64,000 nt of DNA, taken from positions 288,001 through 352,000 of the forward strand of contig CAVXLD010000010.1 of NCBI GenBank assembly GCA_963762565.1. Reading direction: 5' to 3'. This DNA is from an uncultured Verrucomicrobiae bacterium (GTDB taxonomy: Bacteria > Verrucomicrobiota > Verrucomicrobiia > Chthoniobacterales > JAFAMB01). This document shows, piece by piece, positions 1 through 9,747 of this stretch; positions within the stretch are counted from its first letter, which is position 1, and each line of letters starts with the position of its first letter. The notes under the pieces are model-generated. The model did not search any database, had not been told where the DNA came from, and saw only the letters and a list, made by a program, of their open reading frames with translations. The position numbers and the translations under genes are program-made.

Positions 1-50
1 GGTTCCAGATGAAAACGGGCATAAACTACTGAAAGGACCTATTTGAAGCA

Positions 51-68
51 CATTACCATTTGGTAATG
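51..68. promoter_or_regulatory. 18-bp palindrome CATTACCA-TT-TGGTAATG, candidate response-regulator (CusR/CopR-like) box
   Basis: Perfect inverted repeat ~30 bp upstream of a minus-strand ATG at 22 and next to an OmpR-family two-component pair. Confidence 0.4.
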
Positions 69-280
69 TTGGTAATCTCGCGAGCGCTAGCAGGATGATT
101 CGATCCATGTTTACGAAAGCGTGTCTCGCTGCCGGCCCCGGCCTCAGGAGCTTTTCGACGTTTTGCAGCAGTTTTGCAGCAACACCTTATCAGGTCTCCG
201 CTCGCAAATTATTAGGTCTGCTATCGCAAGTTCCGGTAGTTCCGTAGAAGCGATCTGCGATTGTGATCGCCGCGGCGCAA

Positions 281-1645
281 TCACGTTCTTACTCGTGGCA
301 AAACAATACGCGCGGTAAGGCCCGGACTAGCATCCTCCAAAGCAAAGGTGCCGGCGTGGAGATGGCTGATAGAGCTCACTATCGGTAACCCGAGACCGTT
401 CCCAGGTTGTGTGCGGCTCTGATCTCCGCGATAAAACCGCGTCATCACTTTTTCTCTTTCTTCAGTAGGGATGCCCGGCCCATCATCCTGAACCACTATG
501 GACACCGTGCTGCGGTCTTGAACTGCTCGGACTCGCACCGTGGCGTCGCTCCCGGCATACTTGAGCGCGTTATCCACCAGGTTCGCGGTTGCGCTGGCCA
601 AAAGATCTTTATCGCCGAGCGTGGTTGGTTCGCCTTCGATCCCGAGTGTCAGACGAATGCCTTTTGCCTCTGCCGCCGCGTCATAGAATTCGACGACATC
701 TGTCACAATTTCCTTGAGGGCAACTGGCTCAAAAGATTGGCGCCGAGTACCTGACTCCGCCTCGGCGATCTGAAGTAGCTTATCAAAAACAATCGTTAGG
801 TCGTCGATCTGATGGATCGCATTGGTAGCGGCATTGGAAAGCATCTTTACCGTTCGTTCCTCGCGCAGGGCCTCATCCAGCAGGCTACGGATGCGGCCTA
901 ACGGCGTGCGCAAATCGTGAGCGATGGCATTGGAAACATTCCGGACGCCCTCCATCAAATGCTGGATCTGATCCAGCATATTGTTGATGTCGTGGTTTAG
1001 ACGGGTGAATTCGTCGTCGGAGTCGAGCACCGGAATACGGCGGCTAAGATCCCCGGCTTCTATATCTAATACCGTATGCCGGATGGCAGCAACACGGTGC
1101 TCGAGTTGGTGGCGAAATAAGATTGCGCCGCCAATCGCAATCACGATGCCCAAAACGCCGCCAATCGCCAGAGAGCGCAGCACCAGTTGATTGATATCGT
1201 GGATATCCTGCATGTCTCGACCGACAATCAGGAACGCCCCATTCGGCAATTCGTGCGGTAGGAGCCGGCTAACGGACAGTTTGTCGTTGCGGATGACTTT
1301 TCGGTAGGTGAGACGATCCAGCGGCATCGAACTCCCGGTTACAGGGTCGATATTGCCGACAATCTTCTTCCCGTCCGGTCCTACCAGGAGATACACTTCT
1401 GTATCCGTGTCGATACCGTCGGTTAACAACTCCTCAATTCCTTCCTCAACCCCGGTCACTCCCCGTTCTTCGAAGCGCTTGTTAAGCCGGTCTAATTCTC
1501 CATAGAGTCTGGCATTGATCTCGCGACTGATGGCGCCAACCGTCCCAAAATACAAGATAGTCGAGATTACGGCGACAGTGGCGATTACCAGAATGCCGTA
1601 GCTCAGCGCCAGGCGGAACCCGACCGTTTTGAGTAACCTAATCAT
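281..1645 (-). CDS. Sensor histidine kinase (two TM helices, HAMP, HisKA, HATPase)
   Basis: H-box AHDLRTPL, N-box NLVDNALKY, DDGPGI and GNGLGL; ATG at 1645 overlaps the response regulator stop. Confidence 0.93.
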   Translation of the reverse strand: MIRLLKTVGFRLALSYGILVIATVAVISTILYFGTVGAISREINARLYGELDRLNKRFEERGVTGVEEGIEELLTDGIDTDTEVYLLVGPDGKKIVGNIDPVTGSSMPLDRLTYRKVIRNDKLSVSRLLPHELPNGAFLIVGRDMQDIHDINQLVLRSLAIGGVLGIVIAIGGAILFRHQLEHRVAAIRHTVLDIEAGDLSRRIPVLDSDDEFTRLNHDINNMLDQIQHLMEGVRNVSNAIAHDLRTPLGRIRSLLDEALREERTVKMLSNAATNAIHQIDDLTIVFDKLLQIAEAESGTRRQSFEPVALKEIVTDVVEFYDAAAEAKGIRLTLGIEGEPTTLGDKDLLASATANLVDNALKYAGSDATVRVRAVQDRSTVSIVVQDDGPGIPTEEREKVMTRFYRGDQSRTQPGNGLGLPIVSSISHLHAGTFALEDASPGLTARIVLPRVRT

Positions 1646-2336
1646 ATACTGAGACCATGTAACCGACGCCGCGCACAGTATGGAGCAACTGCGGAGAGAA
1701 CCCTTTGTCGATCTTCTGCCGGAGCCGGCTAATCTGAACATCAATTACGTTTGTTTGGGGGTCAAAATGGTACTCCCAAACGGCCTCCAGCAGCATAGTA
1801 CGGGTAACCACCTGACCTTGATGCCGTACCAGGTACTCCAAAAGTCGGAACTCGCGGGGCTGCAGAGCAATCACTTGACCAGCCCGTTCCGCTCGGCGCT
1901 TTGTCAGATCAAGCTTAAGATCTGCGATTTGCAACTCCGCTGCGTCTACATACATCGCGGATCGTCGCAGTAATGCTTGGACGCGCGCGAGTAATTCGGA
2001 GAAAGCAAACGGCTTGGTCAAATAATCGTCGCCGCCGCTGCGTAGCCCTCGGACCCGCTCGTCTAAACTCGCCAATGCACTCAGAATCAAGACTGGCGTC
2101 GATTTACGGAGATCGCGCATCTTCTGCACGATAGTAAGCCCGTCGATATTGCCAGGTAACAATCTGTCCAGGATCACCACGTCCCACTTCCCGTCTGCCG
2201 CCCGATTCAGGCCGTCAACGCCATTCTGGGACCAACTGACATCGAAACCCACCTCTCGCAGTCCGTTGCAAATATAGCGCGCAGTATCCGCTTCATCTTC
2301 GATTACCAGGCAACACTTTTTAACGCTACTCCTCAC
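1638..2336 (-). CDS. OmpR/CusR-family DNA-binding response regulator
   Basis: LVIEDE, ILDRLLP, DDYLTKPF, C-terminal TVRGVGY; GTG start at 2336 is my estimate. Confidence 0.93.
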   Translation of the reverse strand: MRSSVKKCCLVIEDEADTARYICNGLREVGFDVSWSQNGVDGLNRAADGKWDVVILDRLLPGNIDGLTIVQKMRDLRKSTPVLILSALASLDERVRGLRSGGDDYLTKPFAFSELLARVQALLRRSAMYVDAAELQIADLKLDLTKRRAERAGQVIALQPREFRLLEYLVRHQGQVVTRTMLLEAVWEYHFDPQTNVIDVQISRLRQKIDKGFSPQLLHTVRGVGYMVSVYD

Positions 2337-2459
2337 AACCAGTGATTCTAGATTCTGTCCGACCTGCTTACGGTTTCTTGAAACGCTTTGCTGTAATAAA
2401 ACCACTCAACAGTATTCAAGCGGCAAGCTCGACCACCCTAAACTTTTAACCAGTCTACC

Positions 2460-3776
2460 CTAAAAGGTCAAAGTCGAGCGTAGTCCGATCACAGTGGCAT
2501 TTCGCGCAGCAAAGGTTGCGCCGGGATTGACGATGTATTGGAAGTCCGGCTGCAAAGTTAACCAGGAGGTAAGCTTGGCTGCGTACGTCACTTCAATCAG
2601 AGTTTCAGATGTGTAATGCGATCCGCCTTGGTTGTTGCGATTTGCTTCTCGGCTGATCCCGCTATGAGTAACTCCAATGCCAAAGATGTCCTCATTGCGA
2701 CCTCCGAAAAGGCCATTGTAATTAAATCCGGCATCAATATAGCGCGATACAAAACCAAACTCCGGCGGCATAAATCCGATCCGGCAAAAGAGCTCTAAGC
2801 TGGGGGCCTTCGCCTGTTTATCAGTTACCGTTTTCTGCCAAATCGCCTGGTCAATTGTCGCGTAGAATCCATACCCGCTTCGATCGGCTGAATCCGGGTT
2901 GGAATTTAGGAAGCCGTCATATCGGCTATGGAACATGCATCCCAGTTTGTAAGTAGCCGGAAGACCAACCGCATCGGGCTCGCGGTTTACTTTGTAGTCG
3001 GCCTCCCAGAATGTCATTATTCCGTCTCTACCACGAATATTTGGGAGCCCGCTATTGTTTGTCTTTTCAGAAAGTGTGCTTCCACTGTAAAGGCCTATTT
3101 TGACATCTAGCCGTGGGATTGGGTGCCAGAGTAGGCGTATTCCGGGGGCCGACGACGGGTAAGTGGGCACAAATGGATAGTTATTGCCCAGGAATGTGTA
3201 AGCGCCGAAAGAGCCGCAAACGAAGAGATTCGAATAATCAGAATAATAGAACTCGTTGTCGGCTAGAAACTGGCCAATTTTGATCGAGAACCGGTCATCG
3301 AACATCGATTGTTCGTACCAATATTCCGCGAACCTGGCTGTGTCATAGCCATCGATATTGCTGACGGTACTGAGGTCCGCTGTATAGCCCTTCGATAAGC
3401 TCGAGCCATGAATTTCGAATCCTGAGATGTGAAAACTCCCTCCTTTCAAGCCGATGTTCTTTGACAGGTCGATATCGAGGTCCAGTTCCAGTAGACCCTG
3501 ATAGGTGGCCCCTGTCCGTATTCCGCCGCTTACATTTCCAAAAACGTCTGTAGTGTAGATCCCGCTTACCGTTATCCCAAGGCTATCAAGCGTTTTGCGT
3601 ACGCCGCCCAGACCACCCAGCGGAGAAGGGACTGGAGCAAATATTGGGGGAGGCGGTGGTGCCGCCGGGTTACCGAAATCCACCCCTTGTGCTGAGCAGA
3701 TTTTAGTACTCCCAAGGACAAGGCCGAATACGATAAAAATCAAATCCAGCGTTTCTGTCCGGATTCTCAAGCCCAT
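2460..3776 (-). CDS. Carbohydrate-selective porin, OprB family
   Basis: GNVSGG, EYWYEQ, IKIGQF, LQPDFQYIVNPG and C-terminal Phe; start estimated. Confidence 0.85.
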   Translation of the reverse strand: MGLRIRTETLDLIFIVFGLVLGSTKICSAQGVDFGNPAAPPPPPIFAPVPSPLGGLGGVRKTLDSLGITVSGIYTTDVFGNVSGGIRTGATYQGLLELDLDIDLSKNIGLKGGSFHISGFEIHGSSLSKGYTADLSTVSNIDGYDTARFAEYWYEQSMFDDRFSIKIGQFLADNEFYYSDYSNLFVCGSFGAYTFLGNNYPFVPTYPSSAPGIRLLWHPIPRLDVKIGLYSGSTLSEKTNNSGLPNIRGRDGIMTFWEADYKVNREPDAVGLPATYKLGCMFHSRYDGFLNSNPDSADRSGYGFYATIDQAIWQKTVTDKQAKAPSLELFCRIGFMPPEFGFVSRYIDAGFNYNGLFGGRNEDIFGIGVTHSGISREANRNNQGGSHYTSETLIEVTYAAKLTSWLTLQPDFQYIVNPGATFAARNATVIGLRSTLTF

Positions 3777-3938
3777 CCTGAAAGCGGAGGAGTTCAGGGC
3801 ACAAGAGGTCAATGCGTTTAGTTTGACAATTTCGTCATTTCTCGACACATCGTTCCAGGCAAACCGAATTTCAGTTCTTGATCCGGGCAGAGAATTTAAC
3901 GCTAAGGAATCTTCGTAACAACCCGCCTCGAACATGCA

Positions 3939-4478
3939 ATGACGCCTCAAATCGCTCTTCTCCGCGCCGTCAACGTCGGCGGTATTAAGGTTAGCATGGC
4001 AGATTTGAAGGCTTTATTAGTCGATCTCGGGTTCGAGGACGTCCGCACGTTGCTTAACTCCGGGAACGTCGTGTTCCGTGGAAAAAGCAAGACCGGAGAG
4101 GAACTCGAAAAGTTGTTGGAGACGGAGTTTGCCAAAAGAGCAGGCAGGCCGACAGAGTTTTTTGTGCGGACCGCCGAAGAATGGACATCGATCATTGACC
4201 GGAACCCGATGACCAACGAGGCGCGGCATGATCCAGGTCATCTTTTGATGGTAGTGCTAAAAAGTACTCCTACCAATCAAGAGGTTGATGCATTAAGAGC
4301 CGCTATTGTTGGGCCAGAGGTCGTGGAGGCCGACGGCAGGCAAGCCTACATTTATTATCCGGCCGGAGTCGGACAGTCCAAATTAACTGCCAAATTGATC
4401 GAAAAGAAGCTAGGCAGCCCGGGCACAGGGCGCAATTGGAATACGGTGTTGAAGTTAGCCACAATGGTCGAGGGGTGA
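3939..4478 (+). CDS. DUF1697-family protein
   Basis: ALLRAVNVGG, TLLNSGNVVF and TGRNWNTV motifs. Confidence 0.85.
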   Translation: MTPQIALLRAVNVGGIKVSMADLKALLVDLGFEDVRTLLNSGNVVFRGKSKTGEELEKLLETEFAKRAGRPTEFFVRTAEEWTSIIDRNPMTNEARHDPGHLLMVVLKSTPTNQEVDALRAAIVGPEVVEADGRQAYIYYPAGVGQSKLTAKLIEKKLGSPGTGRNWNTVLKLATMVEG

Positions 4479-4500
4479 TTGAGGACCCACACGGCGAAGC

Positions 4501-4720
4501 TCTTTGGTGGGGCGAGGCTCCCGAACGTCCGGAACAGTGTGACGAAGTTTCCGGTGGTGCCTGCCCAAACGATGGTTAGGCCACGAAACGCGCCGAGCCG
4601 TGGTCTATCGTGGGCCACGGCTCGGCGCGATCTTCGTCCTTTCTCACGGACTGGGAGAGCTCTGTGCGATTTGCTTCGGTTCAATCGTTCGGACGTTCGG
4701 GAGCCTCGCCCCACCAAAGA
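4501..4720. repeat. Family B (GTAG/GTGG-GGCGAGGCTCC) REP-doublet element
   Basis: 31-bp perfect IR 4501-4531/4690-4720 and inner IR CGCGCCGAGCCGTGG/CCACGGCTCGGCGCG. Confidence 0.85.
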
Positions 4721-4735
4721 TCACGCCCTTCGCAA

Positions 4736-5557
4736 CTACGCTCCATTCCCCTCAACCGGCTCATCCCCGCGGGCGGCGCCGGTCATGATCGCAACCACTT
4801 CGGACATGGTGTGCTTTTGTGGCGTCGCCACTGCCGCCCGGCGTCCAAGCCGCATAATCTGAATCCGGTCCGCCACCTCGAAAACATGCGGCATATCGTG
4901 ACTGATCAGAATTACCGCGAGCCCTCGATCACGAATCGTGCGAATCAAATTCAGCACCTGACCGGATTCACGGACACCAAGAGCTGCAGTCGGTTCGTCC
5001 ATAATAACCAACCGGCGAGCGAATATTGCGGCCCGGGCAACTGCTACGCCTTGGCGTTGTCCGCCGGAAAGCTTCTCCACCGCGCTATCGATAGCCGGAA
5101 GATGAAACTTGAGCTGATCCATTTCATGCTGGGCTTCACGTCTCATCCGGTTCTTGTCCAACAGCCTGAACCAGCTGCCCAGCGGTCCTTTTTGTCGCAA
5201 TTCCCTGCCCAGAAACAAATTTGTGGCAATATCTAGGGCAGGCGCGACCGCCAAGTCCTGGTACACCGTTTCAATTCCGAGCTTTCTGGCGTCTAGGGGA
5301 CTCCGGAAATGTACTGGTTTACCATCGAGCAAAACTTCTCCTTCATCCGGGACAACTGCGCCGCACAACACCTTGATCAAGGTGCTCTTCCCGGCGCCGT
5401 TGTCTCCCACCACGGCCAGCACTTCGCCAGCTCTCAATTCGAGGTCCGCATGATCCAAGGCCGTAACTTGCCCGTACCGTTTCGTGATACCTCGAGCTTC
5501 CAACACCACGGTGCCTTTCGGCGGCAAAGTCACTTTTGTACTGGCATCGGTTGTCAT
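4736..5557 (-). CDS. frcA: Sugar ABC transporter ATP-binding protein (FrcA-like)
   Basis: GDNGAGKS, LSGGQ, DEPT; single ATPase domain with IETVYQDLA. Confidence 0.88.
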   Translation of the reverse strand: MTTDASTKVTLPPKGTVVLEARGITKRYGQVTALDHADLELRAGEVLAVVGDNGAGKSTLIKVLCGAVVPDEGEVLLDGKPVHFRSPLDARKLGIETVYQDLAVAPALDIATNLFLGRELRQKGPLGSWFRLLDKNRMRREAQHEMDQLKFHLPAIDSAVEKLSGGQRQGVAVARAAIFARRLVIMDEPTAALGVRESGQVLNLIRTIRDRGLAVILISHDMPHVFEVADRIQIMRLGRRAAVATPQKHTMSEVVAIMTGAARGDEPVEGNGA

Positions 5558-6543
5558 CGCTGTTTCCTTCTCGAAATTTGATCCAGGGCTACCGCGCTAA
5601 TCACAAGAATGCCGGTTACCAGATCCTGCCAGAGCGGATCGATGCCGGTGAGGGTCAGACCGTTTCGCAACACGGACACAATCAAGGTGCCGATCAAGGT
5701 GCCCCATACGCTGCCCCGGCCACCAAAGAGGCTGGTCCCACCGATTACCACCGCGGTGATGCTATCAAGATTACCGTTCTGCAAAGCGTTAGGATCGGCG
5801 TTGGGTATACGTCCCAGCGCCAACCAAGCTCCTATTCCGTAAAGCAACCCAGCAAAGGTATAAACCGAGAGTAACCGGGCTTGGACCGGAATACCAACTA
5901 ACCGAGCGGCTTCACGGTTGTTTCCAATCGCATAAACATGCCGGCCCCAAGCAGTCTGACTAAGTAAATACCAGACGATAAGATAAAGGCCGAACATGAC
6001 GATCATCCCATAGGTGATCGAGGTGTCCCCAACCGGAAAAGCGTTTCCAGTCCAGGAAAGCAAATCGTCTGTAACCGGAAAGGCGCCACCTTGAGCCGTT
6101 AATCGCGTGATCGCGGTGATGATGCCAAGCAACCCCAGCGTCACGATAAATGGCGGGAGCATCAGGCGGCTGACTAGCAACCCTGCGATAAGCCCGAAGC
6201 TCGTACAGATGAAGAGCGCAAATAACAGAGAGATGACTGGGTTTTGCTGGTCCGCTACTAACCGCCCGGCAAGGATCGTTCCCAACACGGCGATACCCCC
6301 GTTGGCCAGGTCGATCCCCGCCGTCAGGATGATCATCGTTTGTCCGATTGCCAGAGTGCCGACAATGACGCTTTGTTGCACCACCAGCGAAAGATTGCTG
6401 GTAGCGAAGAAGGTCTTCGTCGACAACGAGAAGACGGCGCAAAAGACAATCAAAACAATCAGCGGGCCAAACGTCGGGGTGGTGATCAGCTTAGCGAGCC
6501 CGCTGCTCGGTCGCTTGGAAGCGCTGAGGCTGCTGGTGCTCAT
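5554..6543 (-). CDS. frcC: Sugar ABC transporter permease (FrcC/RbsC-like)
   Basis: TAGIDL, YAIGNNREAARLVG, AVVIGGTSLFGGRG. Confidence 0.88.
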   Translation of the reverse strand: MSTSSLSASKRPSSGLAKLITTPTFGPLIVLIVFCAVFSLSTKTFFATSNLSLVVQQSVIVGTLAIGQTMIILTAGIDLANGGIAVLGTILAGRLVADQQNPVISLLFALFICTSFGLIAGLLVSRLMLPPFIVTLGLLGIITAITRLTAQGGAFPVTDDLLSWTGNAFPVGDTSITYGMIVMFGLYLIVWYLLSQTAWGRHVYAIGNNREAARLVGIPVQARLLSVYTFAGLLYGIGAWLALGRIPNADPNALQNGNLDSITAVVIGGTSLFGGRGSVWGTLIGTLIVSVLRNGLTLTGIDPLWQDLVTGILVISAVALDQISRRKQR

Positions 6544-6577
6544 CGGCTAATCGAAGAGATGATATTGGCCGGATTAG

Positions 6578-6833
6578 CCGCGAAGCGGCTACAGAGAATA
6601 GCCCAGGTCTTTAGGCCTGGGTATGGTCCGGGCAGGACCTCGGCCCGAAGGGGCGACCGAGGTTTAAACGCGGCAATGGTCGAAAAAGCGTTCTTCATTT
6701 CTGAGCACGTAATCTCAACACACCGTTCACTCGAAAAACACCGCTTACATTCGGCCGCCCTTTCAGGGCGAATGGTCACGGGCCTCGAACCCAGGCCTAA
6801 AGGCCTGGGCTACAATGTGTAACCGCTTCGCGG
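6578..6833. repeat. Family F compound palindromic element inside the sugar ABC operon
   Basis: Arms CCGCGAAGCGGCTACA..TAGCCCAGGTCTTTAGGCCTGGGT / ACCCAGGCCTAAAGGCCTGGGCTA..TGTAACCGCTTCGCGG plus GCCCGAAGGGGC/GCCCTTTCAGGGC sub-hairpins. Confidence 0.8.
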
Positions 6834-6932
6834 TCGAGTCGAGAGACTCCCCGAAGGCGATCCCCTATTGATTCGAGGTCCATCGGGCGAACAGGTCTTA
6901 ACATGCCTGACAGCTGTACGTCCTACCGAGTC

Positions 6933-7988
6933 TTACGGTGCAACCATCGCAAGCAACCGATCTTTGCCTGCCACCGACCCATTCAACCCCCAGCAATTTT
7001 GCAGGCCCCATTTCGTATCCTTCGACTCAAGACCGCTAAAAGGTTTGTCGGTAATTAGGCTCGCTCCGGTATTAATAAAGCCGCTTGGCTTCTTCCCGGT
7101 CTTCACGTAGTCGACCACGTAATCGACTCCCTTGGTCGCCATGATCTTCGGAAATTGCATCACCGTGGCCACGATCTTGCCTTGTTGAACGTATTGGACA
7201 CCCAGACGCCCGCCGTCGATCGAAGTCAGAACGATATCCTTGGTTTTTCCGCGTGCCTTAATTGCGGCGTATGCACCTTCAGCCGCCGGTTCGTTAATCG
7301 TGTAGACAACGTTGATGTCGGGATGGGCGGTCAGCAAGTTCTCCATCGCGGTCTGACCTTCGTCCTGAGCACCATGTGTGTTCTGTTTTCCAACAATAGC
7401 CGGGTCTCCTTCCTTGATGCCGAACCCTTTCAAAAACCCGTCGTGTCGCTGGTTGTCAACAGTACCGCCAGGGGTACCATCCAGCATTGCCAGCTTGGGC
7501 TGCTTATCGCCTAGCGCCTTACGGGCATACTCGCCTTGAAGGACGCCCGCTTCGAAATTGTCTGTGGCTAGCGTCGCATCGACCGCATCAGCCGGGTCCG
7601 TGGCGGTGTCCAGCGCAATCACCAGGACTCCTTTGTCGCGCGCCTTTTTTATTATACCGAGCATACCGGTCGAGTTGTTCGGTGTGATCAGGATTCCCTT
7701 GACTCCCGCGCTGATCAGGTCCTCGACAGCAGCGACCTGCCCCTCGTTGTCGCCGTCGAATTTGCCGAATCGGGCGATTAGTTTCGCGCCTTGTTTTTCT
7801 GCTTCCGCGGTCGCGGCCTGGCGCAACTTAACAAAGTAAGGGTTAACTTCGGTCTTGGTGACAAGGCCAATAACGATCTGGTCGCCGGCGGCCTTCGCCG
7901 CTGGCGTCGGTTGATTAAGAAATGCCAACGTCACCCACATAAGGGAGGCGGCGGCAAGTTTCGTAGAGCGGGGGATATTAATGCGCAT
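6933..7988 (-). CDS. frcB: Sugar ABC transporter substrate-binding protein (FrcB-like)
   Basis: Signal peptide, LVTKTEVNPYF, ATDNF, YTINEPAA, CWG near C-terminus; ATG 7988. Confidence 0.88.
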   Translation of the reverse strand: MRINIPRSTKLAAASLMWVTLAFLNQPTPAAKAAGDQIVIGLVTKTEVNPYFVKLRQAATAEAEKQGAKLIARFGKFDGDNEGQVAAVEDLISAGVKGILITPNNSTGMLGIIKKARDKGVLVIALDTATDPADAVDATLATDNFEAGVLQGEYARKALGDKQPKLAMLDGTPGGTVDNQRHDGFLKGFGIKEGDPAIVGKQNTHGAQDEGQTAMENLLTAHPDINVVYTINEPAAEGAYAAIKARGKTKDIVLTSIDGGRLGVQYVQQGKIVATVMQFPKIMATKGVDYVVDYVKTGKKPSGFINTGASLITDKPFSGLESKDTKWGLQNCWGLNGSVAGKDRLLAMVAP

Positions 7989-8073
7989 AATGGGTTGGTT
8001 GGGATTGAAGGGGGGATAGAGTGGGTGGGACGAACAAATCTTTGCACCGCAAAGGCGCGGCGTGTCAACTATA

Positions 8074-8094
8074 AATAAATCGGAATGATTTATT
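8074..8094. promoter_or_regulatory. AATAAATC-N5-GATTTATT palindrome, candidate ROK-repressor operator
   Basis: Perfect 8-5-8 IR between divergent frcB and ROK regulator, beside a minus-strand TTGACA (8063-8068). Confidence 0.6.
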
Positions 8095-8188
8095 ATTTGC
8101 TGTTTCTTCTCCGCTCTTCTAGACTCGCCTTTAGCGGCCACTACCCCTTGTTCCCCAGACTGCTCGCCCTCAGTTAGTCATCGTCGGA

Positions 8189-9445
8189 ATGGATTCGAAT
8201 AAAATGCCCGACATTTTGTCTTCGCCTGGAACGTCTGGCCCTAGCACTACCCGGAACGTCGATCCGAGCCGCGGAACCAATCAGTCGGGTGTTAAGCTCT
8301 ACAACGAGCGGTTGGTTCTCTCCTTGATCCGAAGCCATCGAAGCCTCTCGAAAACCGAGATCGCAAGACGCACCGGTCTTTCCACCCAGACGAGCTCGGT
8401 AATCATGAAGCAGCTCGAAAACGACGGACTGCTAATTAAAGGAGCACCGATTCGGGGCAAGGTCGGGCAACCTTCTGTGCCGATGTCGCTTAACCCGGAA
8501 GGAGCTTTCTCGATTGGATTTAAATTCGGGCGACGAACCGCGGACCTGGTATTGATGGACTTTGTCGGCCAGGTTAGACGGATACTGCGCGATAATTACG
8601 CTTACCCCACCCCGAATGAGCTCGAACGATTTGTGCGTTCCGGAGTCGCGGAGATCATTGAGCACCTGAACGAAGAGCAAACCAAACGAATCTGCGGGCT
8701 TGGGATAGCTGCTCCTTTCGAAATGTGGGGCTGGGAGGATGAAGTTGGCGCGCCCCACGAGATACAGGAAGCCTGGCGAAGCTACGATATTAAGACGGAA
8801 GTGGAACGGCTGGTACCGTGGCCGGTACACTTTTGCAACGATGCCACGGCCGCGTGCGCTGCTGAACTGGCCTTTGGTAATCGGTCGCGATACACAAATT
8901 TTCTTTATATCTTCTTTGCCACGCTGATCGGGGGCGGAATCGTACTGAATGGGGCTCTTTATCCGGGTCGGGCTGGTTACGCCGGCGCGTTCGGCTCGGT
9001 ACTGGTGCCCGATATCAACGAATCAAACCCGCCGTCCACCAAGAGCTTAATTCGTTGTGCCTCTAATTATCTTCTTGAGAACATGTTGAAGGACGAGGGT
9101 AAGGACCCCTCCTTCCTCTGGCAATCACCGAATGACTGGAGCACGGCTGGCGCAACCTTGGAGGCGTGGATCGAGCAGGCCGCCACCAGCGTCAGCGTCG
9201 CGATCGCCTCAGCAATCTCGATCATCGATTTCGAGGCCATAGTGCTCGATGGAGCATTCCCGCAAGCAGTCCGATCCGCACTGGTCCAGCGGGTTCGTGA
9301 GAGATTTAGCCGCATGGATCTCCAAGGAGTTGCGCCGGCCGAGATTGTGGAAGGTGCGATTGGAAGGGATGCGCGGGTGCTCGGAGCGGCAAGCCTGCCA
9401 TTGTTGGCTGGTTTCGCTAGAGACCGCGACCTGCTTTTTTACTAA
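8189..9445 (+). CDS. ROK-family transcriptional regulator (FrcR-like)
   Basis: N-terminal HTH (NERLVLSLIR..EIARRTGLS), CNDATAACAAE, IGGGIVLNG. Confidence 0.9.
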   Translation: MDSNKMPDILSSPGTSGPSTTRNVDPSRGTNQSGVKLYNERLVLSLIRSHRSLSKTEIARRTGLSTQTSSVIMKQLENDGLLIKGAPIRGKVGQPSVPMSLNPEGAFSIGFKFGRRTADLVLMDFVGQVRRILRDNYAYPTPNELERFVRSGVAEIIEHLNEEQTKRICGLGIAAPFEMWGWEDEVGAPHEIQEAWRSYDIKTEVERLVPWPVHFCNDATAACAAELAFGNRSRYTNFLYIFFATLIGGGIVLNGALYPGRAGYAGAFGSVLVPDINESNPPSTKSLIRCASNYLLENMLKDEGKDPSFLWQSPNDWSTAGATLEAWIEQAATSVSVAIASAISIIDFEAIVLDGAFPQAVRSALVQRVRERFSRMDLQGVAPAEIVEGAIGRDARVLGAASLPLLAGFARDRDLLFY

Positions 9446-9485
9446 AGAGCCCGGAAATTTGGAAAGTGAGAACCAAAAGAGCATC

Positions 9486-9740
9486 CCCACTTCGCCAAGG
9501 CGGATCCAATCCGGACAGGACGCAGCACTCCAATGCTCCGACACTCCCCGCCCGCAACGCTTCGCGTAGCGATGCGGGCGGGCACCACTCAGCGCAGCCC
9601 GAATCGAGGACAGCCTGTCCGACGAAGCCCAAGCTCTATGTTGCCGACCGCTCAAGTCGGCCTCGCAAGCGAGGCACGCTCCACAACCGGCACACTGGCG
9701 AAGTCGGAAGGACGACGACGAGCACGCGTACGAAGCCCCT
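9486..9740. repeat. Composite repeat locus: 8-mer array plus CGTC arm carrying nested insertions
   Basis: Colinear with 36922-37046 but with extra segments 9547-9582 and 9614-9708 (the latter itself interrupted at ~9631-9694). Confidence 0.75.
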
Positions 9741-9747
9741 AGCGCGC

